A DNA stretch of 64,000 nt, taken from positions 43,214,001 through 43,278,000 of the forward strand of contig OX597816.1 in NCBI GenBank assembly GCA_951406725.2, read 5' to 3'. Origin of the DNA: Octopus vulgaris (lineage: Eukaryota). Position 1 is the first letter of the stretch; each line of letters starts with the position of its first letter. Below are positions 38,257 through 52,507 of the stretch, in pieces. The translations under genes and the position numbers were made by a program. The notes beneath the pieces are model-generated. The model had not been told where the DNA came from. It saw only the letters and a list, made by a program, of their open reading frames with translations, and searched no databases.

Positions 38257-38328
<72 letters not shown>

Positions 38329-38332
38329 TTGT

Positions 38333-38377
<45 letters not shown>

Positions 38378-38381
<4 letters not shown>

Positions 38382-38496
38382 ATGATCACGTGACCGACCA
38401 GACTATCAGATGTTGCTACACAACGCTGGTCACAATGCGTTCGCATTGTTTTAGCTTTTGAATGACGCCACCCCGCTGGCTAAGCGAGCAGGCCAA
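38378..38496 (-). repeat. second copy of the 6724-6845 repeat
   Basis: Reverse-complement match, in (TA)n. Confidence 0.75.
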
Positions 38497-38514
38497 TATA
38501 TATATATATATATG

Positions 38515-38550
<36 letters not shown>

Positions 38551-38578
38551 TGTATGTATGTATGTGTATGTATGTATG

Positions 38579-38636
<58 letters not shown>

Positions 38637-39222
38637 TACGACGGGATTCTTTCAGTTTTCGTATACCATATATCCACTCACAAGTCTTTGGTCGGCCCAT
38701 GGCTAAAGAAGACATTCGCCCAAGGCACCACACAGTGACTGGAACCATGGGGTGGGGAAAAGGAAGATTATTATGGATTGCTTCCAACTTCGGTAGTAGA
38801 ATGTATTAGCGGTAACAGGCATGTGAATATTTTGGGATTTATGTCTCCGAAAGTAAGAAAAAAATGAATGCTAATCTAGTGGATCCCTGAAAGCAATCTC
38901 AAAGTGAATGTCTTATTTAACAGAGCACAAATCTATGATATATTGCGTGCAAGAAGGAGAAAATGGAATCGAGTAATTCATTGTTTTGAGTCTTGCATTT
39001 TTATGAACCAATCATTATGTAGGAACACACGTTATGCCTGAAATATGCATTCTGTGTAGAAAGTAGAAAGGAACGAGAATGGCGTGTTTAAAAGAAGTAT
39101 AATTATAAAAAGAATGGTGAAATAATAGAAAAAAACATGAAGGTAAAAGAGAGAGAAATTGATAGGTAGAGAGGAAGAGAATGAGGGGGAGAAAGTCAGT
39201 GTGTGCGTGTGTGTGTGTGTGC

Positions 39223-39255
<33 letters not shown>

Positions 39256-39632
39256 TGTGCGTGCGTGTGTGTTTACCTGTGTCAGATAGAGAGGTTGTTA
39301 TATTTCTTTAGAATATTCCATTACAAAAAAAAAGGATATATATGTTGTTGTTTTTTTGTTATTGTTTTTTTTTTTTTACAGTGTGCTAGGAATTAATATA
39401 TAGTTAATTAAATAACGATCTATTCATGGAAGAGATGTGATAGAGACCGAGAAAAAAAAACTGTTCAAAACGATGCATAAATTTCAAGTAAATGAAGTGA
39501 ATTTTCAAAATCGAAGTATTTGACGAGTTTTCATGACGAGGAAATGAAATCGGAAGCCTCGTTAGAGCACCGGTCGAAATACGTTGCAGTATTCATTACC
39601 CCTCCTTGCGTACTGAGTTTAAATCCTACCAA

Positions 39633-40018
39633 TAGGAGCACTCCTTCGGGTGCGACGGTGAGGGTCCCAGCTGATACGATCAACGGAACAGCTTGCTCGT
39701 GATATTAACGTACAAGTGACTGAGCACTCCACAGACACGTGTACCCTTAACGTAGTTCTCGAGGAGATTCAGCGTGACACACAGAATGTGACAAGGATGG
39801 CCCTTTGAAATACAGGTACAAGAGAAACAGGAAGAAAGAGCGAGAGAAAGTTGTGGTGAAAGAGTACAGCAGGGTTCACAACCACCACCTGCCGGAGCCT
39901 CGTGGAGCTTTAGGTGTTTTCGCTCAATAAACACTCACAATGCCCGGTCTGGGAATCGAAACCGCGATCCTCCGACCGCGAGTCCGCTGCCCTAACCACT
40001 GGGCCATTGCACCTCCAC
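39633..40018 (-). mobile_element. SINE family A (long variant)
   Basis: Head GTGGAGGTGCAATGGCCCAGTGGTTAGGGC..GGTTTCGATTCCC; 14-bp TSD TTAAATCCTACCAA (39619-39632, 40019-40032). Confidence 0.93.
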
Positions 40019-40254
40019 TTAAATCCTACCAAGCTCGCTTTCGTCGATCATCATTTTGCGGATGATAAATAAAGTACCGGTCTCCACCGATGATCTGGTG
40101 GAATCGATATACCTTTGCAATATTCGTCCCAGCAGTTGACTTAGCTAATTCAAGCCCTGACAAGTCTCACTTGTGTATTAGATCCACACCGTGACCCGGT
40201 TTAACACAACCATTTGATTCTTGATGAAGTGAACACTGTTGGAAACATTAAGGC

Positions 40255-40307
<53 letters not shown>

Positions 40308-40352
40308 ATATATAGCGACAGTGACTTTTCTTAACTGAAACGAGTCTTATTA

Positions 40353-40383
<31 letters not shown>

Positions 40384-41387
40384 TAAATTAGAGATAAAAC
40401 CACTATAAGGCAAATCAAATTGTGAAAAACATAAGCCAATACATAAAATTAATTTAAATTATATTATTTTAAATATATATCAAAAGTATTAAAAGTTTAA
40501 TAAAAGATAGACATATCTATCTGTATTCAATATTAGAAACATTTAAAAAAAAAAACAATTGATAAACGCCGTAGTTTATCGTTTGGAGATATCGTTCATG
40601 GTTTTCCATTCAGAAAATATAGAAATCTAACTCAGTTATTGTTCTATACCAGTGTATAGCATACATAGGATACAACATTTTTTTAATGTAATATCTTCTC
40701 GGTTTCTCTGTGTTATTAATTCTAATTGCCATCTTATGGTTTAACACTTTTAACCATGATATAGTTTTCACAACACATTTAATTTTCTGGAAACTGCAAA
40801 CTTAAGAGAAAATTCTTTTTACTGTGCAACTGAAGATATGTAAGACATTAGACTCTCAGAATGATTTCCCCCTAATATTCTTCCATTCACAGAGTTCCTG
40901 AAACTGAATAATGAAAAGCTTATTATTTAAAGATCAAAAAGGCCACTAAATCTGCCAATCTTAAGAAATATATGCATAAGGAAGACATTCTTAACGTGTT
41001 TAATAGTTAACAACCTTAATCTGTAATTACAGCATCTACAGGATGGCTTGGTTTAGGATATAGCACGCTTAAATCCGGCTATACTCAGAAATAGAAACTG
41101 TAGGTATCAGAGCAAAATTGATGCAAATAAAAGATGAAAGTTATATCAGAAGGGTTGTATGACTTAGTTATAAGGATTCCTTAAAGATCGTGAAACAGCA
41201 ACATGTAAGACACTGGAAAAGGGCAAGGTACAAACGCACAGAGCTCACAGGGAAATAAAATAATATTGCAGTCATCAAGTGCTGGCAAGATACCTTAGAT
41301 ATCTAATTTGTGATCATCGATACGACTTACTCGTGAATCCTTTGTGTGGCATAAATATAAAATAGTATACACGATTGGCGCTTAAAC

Positions 41388-41472
41388 TTTACGACTGCTG
41401 TTTCGGTTAAATTCATTTAATACAGTCATAAAAGATTATATGATAATAAACAATCCACCATCATCAGATAAA
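41388..41472 (-). ncRNA. type I hammerhead ribozyme motif
   Basis: Minus strand UUUAU-CUGAUGA-U-GGUGGAUU..AAUUUAACC-GAAAC-AGCA-GUC-GUAAA. Confidence 0.65.
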
Positions 41473-41929
41473 ATTTTAAGCAGGTATGGTTTTAAGCAGT
41501 CGACTTGAACATATAATCAAATAAAGGCGGTAAGCTGGAAGAATTGTTACGGCATCCGACAAAATGCTTAACAGCATTTCTTCCGGCTATTTATACCCTA
41601 ATTTAAAATACCACCGATTTCAGTTTCGCCTTTCATCCTTTCAGTGTCGATACAATAAAGTACGAGTAAAGTATGAGGATCGATGTAATCGACTATCAAC
41701 CCTACCACCACCACCACCACCACCATCACCATCAAAATTTCTAAGATTTTGTCAAAAGCTGAAGCAATTATATGTAACCAAATATATAACGGTGACTTAA
41801 CGGAATCTTGAGAGTGTTAGATAGAATACCATGCGGTATTGGTTTTGAAAACCTGTGCTCGGAGTTCAAGCCCCACCGAAGATAATTTTGTCTTTTATCC
41901 TTTAGGAATTTAGAAAATAATAACAACAG

Positions 41930-42430
41930 CAGTTGAAGAAGAAAAGCTTCTTTATCAATTCAGAAAGAGAACAGATGCCAAAACTATATGAAGATGTAAA
42001 AGAATTTGCAAGGCCATATATTCATCTTCTAGCAACACGCAATTACCATAGAGAAATGGTAAGAGAATACCTACATGGTTCTGTGATCTTTTCATACTCC
42101 TTTTCTCTTCCCAGGTGAACAGCTGAGCAACAAATTTTGGGTTATCTTGTAAATATTTCAAAAGGTCTGCGAATTTGATCTTACGGTAACCAGGATGCAT
42201 GTAAGGGACTTTATTATTTTTTTCCAGTTCTTTGCGTTCTGACAGCAAACTCTGCGACGGTAATGCTGCTTAGCAGTACCTATCCACGGGTTTTCCTTTC
42301 AATAAACATCGACCGCTTGGAGAAAGTAGACATATATGAATGTGCAGCTAATAGTTTTCCCAAAAGATCTTTTATCGAACACATCCACATAGTGACGATA
42401 TTACGGATAGTCCTGGATATCATTCATATC
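41930..42430 (-). pseudogene. GAPVD1: decayed GAPVD1 (GAPex-5/RME-6)-like N-terminal fragment
   Basis: AE/CCQNAK/LE..YMHPGY..FADLLKYLQDNPKFVA..EK..LYGNCVLLEDEYMALQILLHL aligns from memory to GAPVD1 AECCQHAKILE..YKQLGF..YGEFLSRLRENPRLIA..EK..LYGNCIMQEDESYLLQVLRYL; frameshifts and stops upstream, flanked by SINE remnants. Confidence 0.75.
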
Positions 42431-42980
42431 ATTGCTAAATTTTGGCACAAGGCTAGCAATTTCTGGGGATCGTGTAAATCGATTTTATCGACTCCAGTGA
42501 TTAGCTGTTGCTTATTTTATTGACTTCAAAAGGCAAAGTCGACTTCGGAGAAATTAGAATTCGGAACATGAACGCGGACGAAATGTCGCGAAGCATTTAG
42601 CCCGCTCGGCGCCTTACTATGTACAATAACAGTTCTTTCTTCGGTAGGCAGAAAGCCTGAAGTTTGCGGTAGGGTTCAAGTCGAAGTTGAACACAGAATT
42701 TTGCTCGACGTGCTGCCAGTTTTGGCACCTCGTCACCAGGACCCTGTAATAAACCTAGTATCAAACCGATTAATTATTCTTTCCTTAGATTAAACCGTTT
42801 GACGGGGGGGCGGGGCAAATAGAAATAAGACCTTTCACTGATGGATTCAGTCTAACCAAAGAACACCACTCCTTACTTGATTTCATGTCTTTTATCAGTC
42901 GAATACATAAAAAGTGTCATCATAAAATAACACAGCACAAAGAAGAATAACACCGATAGAGACATATATATATATATATA

Positions 42981-43157
42981 ATTTTAATCCAAGCGGGAAA
43001 ACAAAAAAACAACAACAATGGAACAATTACAGTATTATTATTAATAGGCGCTCAGGAAATGGAAGCAGGAAGGTATGACGTTTCGAGCGGAGCTCTTCGT
43101 CGGAAACATAAAGAAGGAAGAGAGAGGAAAGAAAGATCCCAAAGCGGGCAACAGGGA
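42981..43157 (-). mobile_element. Penelope-like terminal fragment with minimal hammerhead-like motif
   Basis: Minus strand GUUU-CCGACGA-A-GAGC UCC GCUC-GAAACGUC-AUAC (43073-43107); (TA)n on both sides; related to 12952-13159. Confidence 0.65.
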
Positions 43158-43244
43158 TATATATATATATTTATATCCACAAGCGTACAGACATGTATAG
43201 ACAATAATGTGTATGTATATAGGTATACCTGCACGCGTGAGTGT

Positions 43245-43292
<48 letters not shown>

Positions 43293-43611
43293 CTGCGTGC
43301 TTCGGGGCGCGTGTAGAAAACTGAGAAAAGTTTAAACAAAGTTTGAAAATCTAAACATCGATTCGAATGTCGCAACACTGTCACTCCCTCTTTCTCTCCC
43401 CCTCTCTCACATACATATACATGCACACACATGTATACACATAGAAACACAGACACGCTTAAATATATGTATATATATAAAGAGAGAGAGAGAGCGAGAG
43501 AGAGAGAGAGAGTGAGAGAGAGAGAGATTGTTGTATGTCTGTATGTGTGTGCATGTGTACGCACATGTGTGTGTCCGTATATATATGTGTATGTGTGTGT
43601 GTGTGTGCATG

Positions 43612-43647
<36 letters not shown>

Positions 43648-43718
43648 TACATATGATATATATATATATATGCATATAACATATATATATATATATATAT
43701 CTATGTATATATACATAC

Positions 43719-43772
<54 letters not shown>

Positions 43773-43791
43773 GTGTATATATATATATATA

Positions 43792-43835
<44 letters not shown>

Positions 43836-43846
43836 CATATACATAT

Positions 43847-43877
<31 letters not shown>

Positions 43878-43906
43878 TATTTACATATACATATAATATA
43901 TGTATC

Positions 43907-43958
<52 letters not shown>

Positions 43959-44302
43959 GTAGTATAGACAAAATAATGGGATAACATTTAAGAACGAATA
44001 AGTAGTTAGATATATGCAAGGAACGAAGATGAGTGTGATTAAAAAGACGCCTCGTTTTATTACCCATCGATAATAAGTTTGTAATACAGTCTTAATATAT
44101 TCTGATACATACATCTTGAACATCAAATTTAAATTTCGACCACAATGTATTCAATGTTTGATTGGGTTTTTCTATGGCTTACCAATGTGATGAATTCTTT
44201 CACCATGTGACCTGTTGTTTATTTATTTTCTCTTGTTTAAGATTTGTTATGGTTTTTGCTCTGTGTCATTACTTTTCGTCGTGTATAGGGGTAAATATGT
44301 AT

Positions 44303-44349
<47 letters not shown>

Positions 44350-44368
44350 ATGTGTGTGTGTGTGTATA

Positions 44369-44418
<50 letters not shown>

Positions 44419-44544
44419 TATATATTATATATATATATGCACTTATATATACACAGACATGCTTAGACAAACTTAGAAACACACAAAATATTTATTTACA
44501 CACATATTCATTCTTATTTAAATGCATTGATATATGTATACATC

Positions 44545-44588
<44 letters not shown>

Positions 44589-44871
44589 TATATGTGTATT
44601 TGTATGTGTGTATGTATATATATGGATATATATATATATATGCATATACATTTATATATATATGTGTATGTATATATATCTATACACACATATATTTATA
44701 TAGACACATACATACATCCATACACACACATTCAGGCACACAAACTCACACATATACACCTCTACATTTATATATACATATATACATATATACATATATA
44801 TATATACATACATATATACATGTATATATATACATACATATATATATATATACATATATATACATATATAA

Positions 44872-44925
<54 letters not shown>

Positions 44926-44957
44926 ATATATAACTATTTAGTTAGCTAGTTAGATAG

Positions 44958-45039
<82 letters not shown>

Positions 45040-45150
45040 CGGAAACACGTATATATACATTACTATACTTACACACACACATGCGCGCACATGCACACAC
45101 ATATATATATATATATGTATGTATATCTAAATATGTATGTACACATGCAT

Positions 45151-45212
<62 letters not shown>

Positions 45213-45651
45213 GTATATACACACTCACACACACAAGCGCAACAAACACCTAATCACGCATGAGCATATATATACGCTTAGAGAGGTGCATTTGATTTTG
45301 TTCTCAAAATGTCTTGCTGTTTTTTTTTCTCTCTTATATTCCTTTACTTGTGAAACCTTAGAACACATTCTCTATGTTATGACACATCACGTGGATATGG
45401 CTTTTTTCCCCTTTGTTCTTTCCTGAAACTGAAATTATAATACTGCGATCCCGCATTGCGATCTATCGATCGGTCCAGCAATGAATGTATCTGCTTATGT
45501 GAAAGTAGTGTAAGCATAATACATATACCGAGACACAAACAGGAGTGGTGATGTGAAACACCCCAGACTGATGAAATCGGAAGAACCACGATGGTGCTCC
45601 AACATGACCGCATCGCACGGCTGGAACGAGCAAAAGAGTAAAAGAATATAT

Positions 45652-46036
45652 TCTTTTATTCTTTTATTTGTTTCAGTCATTTGACTGCGGCCATGCTGGA
45701 GCACCGCCTTTAGTCGAGCAAATCGACCCCACGACTTATTCTTTGTAAGCCAAGTACTTATTCTATCGGTCTCTCTTGAGGAACCGCTAAGTGACGGGGA
45801 CACCAGCATCGGTTGTCAAGCAATGTTGGGGATACACACACAGACACACAACCATATATACACACATATATATATTTGCGACGGGCTTCTTTCAGTTTCC
45901 GTCGACCAAATCCACTCACATGGCTTTGGTCGGTCCGTGGCTATAGTAGAAGACACTTGCCTAAGGTGCCCGGCAGTGGAACTGAACCCGAAACCATGTT
46001 GTTGGTAGGCAGGCTACTTACCACACAACCACTCCT

Positions 46037-46040
<4 letters not shown>
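45652..46040 (-). mobile_element. SINE family B
   Basis: Full-length; tail-to-tail with a degenerate + strand 3' part at ~45500-45645. Confidence 0.9.
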
Positions 46041-46120
<80 letters not shown>

Positions 46121-47871
46121 ACATACAATACATGCACACACCACACGCGATGTGCGAACACAAGGTGACGTATTTTGTATTGTATTTATGTACATGTTTT
46201 TGTGATTAGCTAACTAATTTTTTTTTTTTACTTTTCTTGTCACCCCCATCCCCACCCCGAATTCATAAATCCAGATATCTACTTCCTTGACCTATGAGTG
46301 ACGGGATCACAACATTCCTTCCTAAACGGGACGTCGGTTTGTTGCACGGTTCAAGGACTGAAAATTGTACGAGAGAGGAACAATCCAAATAGTAAGAGAC
46401 TAGGAACAGTTATTTGAATAACTCCGAAATGATTAAAGGCAAAGTTGATCTCAGTTGGGTTTGAACTCAGAACGTTAAGGGCCTGCAGATATGTCATAAA
46501 TCATTTTCTCCGACGCGTTGACGATTCTGCCAGCTCGTAGATTTGACTCAAATTTCATACGATTACAAATGTTTTCAAAGAGGAGTTCGGATTTTATGTG
46601 ATATCGTCTATTACTGTATATATTCTCATTAAATAAATGAATAAATATTGGTTGTACATTTTGGCACAAGACCAACAATTTTGGGGGAGGTAGTAAGTCG
46701 ATAGCATCGAACGCTGAGTTCAGTTGGTACTTATTTCATCGACCCCGAAGCATAAAAGGCATACTTCCACACACCGTATGTCAAGACCATTCACTCAAAA
46801 TACATTAATCAACTTGGGACTAATACAAAAGCAACGTACCCAATGCATTGCGCTGTGAGATTGAACCCGAAACCACGTGTTTACCAAGGGAGTTTTTTTA
46901 ACCGCACAACTAAGCCAACGCCTTATTTGGTGCAATTTTAAGACGCTCAATTTTAAACCTTGTCTGAATTGGTTGAATGCTGTAGTCTTGAATGAATCGA
47001 GATTCTACGTTACTTCTAGATTGTCAACAATTTTTTTTTCTTTTTGGAAGCTAAAAAAATATTTTTGTGTTCATTATAATTGCATTTATTTTTGATATTA
47101 ATAAACTTGGATTAATTCTGCTGCTACTGCTAATATTATCTACACACACACACACACTTATATAAGCGCACATAAACGCACACATCTGCACACAGATATA
47201 TATATATATGCACATTGTTATGTATCTCTACATATGTATATATGTGTATGTGTGTATACATATATGAGTGTATGTATGTATGTATGTATGTATGTATATA
47301 TGTGTATATATATAAATATCTATGTATATATATATTTATATGTGTGTGTGTGTGTGTGTGTGTTTGTGAGTGTATGTGTGTATATACATATATATATACA
47401 TAGAGAGAAAGACTCATAGACACACACACAAGTTTGGTGATCCACACGCATACTCACACACACACACACACACACACGTATAACTTACACACACAAACAC
47501 AATGAATGGAAGTAACACCCGGAGCTAAACATAAGTCCTACGATCTGCATAAACCAACAGCCTGTAGGTGTCGTCTAATCTTAATAAACCAGTAGTGAAA
47601 TTTTCTTCAAATCACACCCATTTGAACAGCTGCAATGTCTGACTTGTGAAAAACCTACTGCCTCCTTTTCCATTGTAAACTCTCTTTTCAGACGTAAATC
47701 AAATTTACGCAACAATATTTGTTACAGAATGAAATAACACAATAACACAGAACAAAAATGAAATTCGGTGTATGTAACTTAAGCTGAAGTAGAAAACAAT
47801 AGCCGCCTACGTATCATACCTAATGTAGATATACATCAGTGACTGGAAAGATACAGCCAATATCAGTGAAT

Positions 47872-48259
47872 GTGGTGGAAGCACTCCGTCGGTTACGACG
47901 ACGAGGGTTCCGGTTGATCCGAATCAACGGAACAGCCTGCTCGTGAAATTAACGTGTAAGTAGCTGAGCACTCCACAGACACGTGTACCCTTAACGTAGT
48001 TCTCGGGGATATTCAGCGTGATACAGAGAGTTACAAGGCCGGCCCTTTGAAATACAGGTACAACAGAAACAGGAAGTAAGAGTGAGAGAAAGTTGTGGTG
48101 AAAGAGTACAGCAGGGATCACCACCATCCCTGCCGGAGCCTCATGGAGCTTTAGGTGTTTTCGCTCAATAAACACTCACAACGCCCGGTCTGGGAATCGA
48201 AACCGCGTTCCTATGACCGCGAGTCCGCTGCCCTAACCACTGGGCCATTGCGCCTCCAC
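47872..48259 (-). mobile_element. SINE family A (long variant)
   Basis: TSD ATCAGTGAAT (47862-47871, 48260-48269). Confidence 0.93.
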
Positions 48260-48505
48260 ATCAGTGAATCTATTTCATATATCATTGTACCTCATACGTC
48301 GGAGACGGCCCATCTAGTCTTGCCATATGGCTGTAAATACACGTTATTGACAAGCACTAAGAAAGCTAATGCATTTGATGTTCTCGCTAGCCGCTTCCCG
48401 GACGATTTTTTGTCCTCCCCTGATACATGGTTTGCTTTTACATAGCTAGTTTATATGATATTTTATTTTGTATGAAAATCGAAGTCTCTTGCATATGAAT
48501 GGTGT

Positions 48506-48887
48506 GATGATGGAAGCATTCCGTCGGTTCCGACGATGAGGGTTCCGGTTGATCCGATCAGCGGAACAGCCTGCTCGTGAAATTAACGTGTAAGTGGCTG
48601 AGCACTCCACAGACACGTGTACCCTTACTCGGGGATATTCAGCGTGACACAGAGAGTGACAAGGCCGGCCCCTTGAAATACAGGTACAACAGAAACAGGA
48701 AGTAAGAGTGAGAGAAAGTTGTGGTGAAAGAGTACAGCAGGGATCACCACCATCCCCTGCCGGAGCCTCGTGGAGCTTTTAGGTGTTTTCGCTCAATAAA
48801 CACTCACAACGCCCGGTCTGGGAATCGAAACCACGATCCTACGACCGCGAGTCCGCTGCCCTAACCACTGGGCCATTGCGCCTCCAC
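48506..48887 (-). mobile_element. SINE family A (long variant)
   Basis: TSD GAATGGTGT; highly similar to 47872-48259. Confidence 0.93.
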
Positions 48888-49244
48888 AGGAATGGTGTAT
48901 AAACATTATGTATAATACATTGGTGACTAATTTTTCTAATTTTTAAAATTATGCTTAGCTTCGCCCTTACTGTAGGCACACTCGACAATTGTTGAAACTC
49001 CCTGACCAGTTCTGTTTGTGATATTAGTTCGATTTTTCTATTGTATCAATTTCAGCCATTTTGATATCGACAAGTTGGTAGAAAATTAAAAATTCTTTAT
49101 GACATTTTCTTTTGACTCTTTACACACTGAGTTCAAATACTGATGAGTTTAACTAGGTAGCTTTTCCCTGCGAAATATATAAAAAAAATGTAAGTCTAAT
49201 ATTGAAGTCGATGGGCTCGTCTAACTCTCACTTATCCCAAAATC

Positions 49245-49630
49245 GTGGAGGCGCAATGGCCCAGTGGTTAGAGCAGCGGACTCGCAGTCATAGGAACGCG
49301 GTTTCGATTCCCAGACCGGGCGTTGTGAGTGTTTATTGAGCGAAAACACCTAGAGCTCCACGAGGCTCCGGCAGGGGATGGTGGTGATCCCTGCTGTACT
49401 CTTTCACCACAACTTTCTCTTTCACTCTTTCTTTCTGTTTCTATTGTACATGTATTTCAAATGGCCGGCCTTGTCACTCTCTGTGTCACGCTGAATATCC
49501 CCGAGAACTACGTTAAGGGTACACGTGTCTGTGGAGTGCTCAGCCACTTACACGTTAATTTCACGAGCAGGCTGTTCCGTTGATTCGGATCAACCGGAAC
49601 CCTCATCGACGTAACCGACGGATTGCTTCC
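49245..49630 (+). mobile_element. SINE family A (long variant)
   Basis: Full-length, inverted relative to the two preceding copies. Confidence 0.93.
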
Positions 49631-50294
49631 ATCCCATTTAAATGTTTATTTGTTTATTTGAAGAGAGGTTTTAAAACAATATGACACATCGCTTGAAGGT
49701 AGATATGGCTTAAATATTTAAAAAATTTATGTTGCATATTATTTGATATACCTGTATTTTCCTATAGTGTTCATGTTCATGCCATTGACCACTTTAAGTA
49801 AGTTCTCTCTGCTCGTTCTTATGCAAACTTTCTGCTACGTATGTGTTCTGTTCAAGGAAGAGTTTCAGTAAGATGGCTGCTGATGACAAGGCTGGACAAC
49901 AGCCGTGGTGATGATGCCTATGCAGGTAGAAACACATGTCCACGGCTGCCCTCTTATCCTTGGATAATAAACGATGTCCTTTTTCTTAAATGTATATCAA
50001 TTGTTGATTTTTGATATTTCCTCTCTTTCTTATATGGAGTTGATCTCAATTGCTGTTTATTAATTGTGACATACGACCTGAAAGCGGTATTGGTTTCAAT
50101 AAACAAGAATTTATGTAGTAAAGTATTTAATACGCCATTATTCATCTATTCAATTTTGTTCCTGAACAATGGATTGGATAGGAGGTAGAGAGTCATTGAA
50201 AAAAATAGTTTCTTTCTTGATGTATTCATTTTATTAATAGTACGCAAATGCTAATTTAATCATTGCTAATCGTTTGATTAATTATGTATAACAT

Positions 50295-50600
50295 ATCTTT
50301 TATCTTTTACTTGTTTCAGTTACTATATTGAGGCCATGCTGGGGTACCATATTGAAGATTTTTTTAATCGAATGGCTCGATACTAGTACTTAGTTTTTTG
50401 GGGTTTTTTTAAGGTTTGGTACTTATTCTTTTTTTTTAAGGCATACTTATGCTACTTATGCTAAGTAATGAGTATGTAAACACACCAACTCCGATGGTCG
50501 GGCGGTGATGAGGGACAAACACAGACACAAACACACACACACACACAGATGCGTGCGAATATATACACATATATATATGCTTATAAATACGACGAGCCTC
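50295..50600 (-). mobile_element. SINE family B (old, partial)
   Basis: Degenerate tail and central microsatellite. Confidence 0.65.
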
Positions 50601-51003
50601 TTTAGAATCCAGGCTACATATGTTTCTTAGCCAGAAGAACCTTGGAAGTAGTAATTATCCAGACGAAGGGCAATCCCCTGCTGCTAACCGTAAGCTATAA
50701 AACAATTTTTTCAGCTTATCGAACTTTGATGCGGGAAAAATTTACATCCTTCCATGTCAGTATACCACTAGTGTTCCTGAAAGTTGTGTTTTATACCTTC
50801 TGTGGACTACTCGAATCTTACTACCTTCCTACACTTTGACCTTTGGATCTTACCTTTACATATATATATAATTGAATAAGTAGAGTCAACAAGGAGTACG
50901 GTTAGACAGTTATTTAATAAACACTACACACGTTTCGCTACAACATAAATCCACATATACACAATGTTTAAGCAACGGTTTACCCGTATAATGGGATTTA
51001 GTT

Positions 51004-51343
51004 GTGAAGGCGCATGGCTCAGTGGTTAGGGTGTCGAACTTACGATCGTGAGGTTGTGAGTTCGAATCCTGGACCGGCTGCGTGTTATGTTCTTGAGCAA
51101 GACACTTTATTTCCCGTTGCTCCAGTTCACTCAGTTGTAAAAATGAGTTGCGACGTCACTGGTGCCAAGCTGTATCGGCCCCTTTGCCTTTCCTTTGGAT
51201 AACACTGGTGGCGTGGAGAGGTGAGGTGGGTATGCATAGGCAACTGCTGGTCTTCCATAAACAACCTCGCCCGGACATATGCCTGGGAGGGGGGGTAACT
51301 TTCTATGTGCAATCCCATCGTCAGTCATGACCGAAGGGGGTCT
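51004..51343 (+). mobile_element. SINE with family-A head/core and a different 3' tail
   Basis: A-box TGGCTCAGTGG, B-box GAGTTCGAATCC, core TTCTTGAGCAAGACACTT..CACTCAG; diverges from family A after AAAAATGAGT. Confidence 0.85.
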
Positions 51344-51445
51344 CAGCAGGGATCCAATTGTATTTCCTCAAGTGATATATAATTGCTACTCTGTTAGTAA
51401 ACCTTTGACTTCGATGTTAACACACACACACACACACACGCACAC

Positions 51446-51503
<58 letters not shown>

Positions 51504-51506
51504 CTA

Positions 51507-51797
51507 GCACTCCGTCGGTCACGACGACGAGGGTTCCATTTAATCCGATCAACGGAATAGTCTGCTCGTGAAATTAAACGTGCAAGTCGCTGAACACTCC
51601 ACTGACACGTGTACCCTTAATGTAGTTCTTAGGGAGATTGAACGTGACACAGAGTGAGACGAGGGTGGTCCTTTGAAATACAGGTACGACACATTTTTGT
51701 CAGCTGAGCGGACTGGAACAACGTGAAATAAAGTGTCTTGCTCAAGGACACAACGCGCTGCCGGTAACTGAACCCACGATCCTAGCTTAACCACTAA
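51507..51797 (-). mobile_element. SINE family A (diverged)
   Basis: Reverse-complement match to 415-742. Confidence 0.8.
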
Positions 51798-52454
51798 GCT
51801 AGTCGCAAGGCTTTGGTCGTCCCAAGGCTATAGTAGAAGACAACTTGCTAAAGTGCAACGCAGCGGGAGATAACTATGAATCATGTCATTGGAAGGCAAG
51901 CTTCTTACCACACTGCCATATAAAAGACCATGAGTGGCAGTGAACTACTTTTTTGTATAAGCGAACACAAACTTTTATACAAAACTGAAAGAAAATCTGG
52001 GGTTTGTAATGATTCGAACTCCTGCATCACATATAATTACGGAATCCTACTAGTTTCTACTCACGTGGTGTATTATTGAACGAAACGTCGTCTTACTATT
52101 CTCGAGTGGGTAAATAGTAAAAATTAGCAACCGGATATTCAATGGCAAACGTCCAGATTTAATAAAAATATCTCCGTCGACATGCCGCTTAGTTTAATTC
52201 TGCAGCAACATTTCTCCTTCAACGCCTTACGACACCACAGCTCCCATCATCATCATCATCATCATCATCATTATCATCATCACAGCCTCCTCCACTTCTT
52301 CCTCGTCGTTCTACTCCTCCTTATCATCATTATCGTCGTCATCAAGTCAACATACGATGAAGATGCTTAATAACACTTCTATAGATCGTATGTCGAGTAT
52401 AGGGCAAAATTAACAACGAATTTCAATTAATTACACTGAAACAACACTGTAAAT

Positions 52455-52507
52455 GTCACGTGACTTAGACAATGGGATTCTTTATTAAAGGGGGCGGCGG
52501 CCATTTT
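52455..52507. promoter_or_regulatory. candidate core promoter (E-box + GC box + YY1 motif)
   Basis: GTCACGTGAC (52455-52464), GGGGCGG and GCGGCCATTTT (52497-52507) clustered in non-repetitive DNA. Confidence 0.4.

Noticed and set aside
50920-51005. Half hammerhead on minus strand (long stem II + GAAAC-GTGT-GTA) abutting a SINE
   Set aside because: The CUGANGA and stem I half are not convincingly found on the far side of the SINE.
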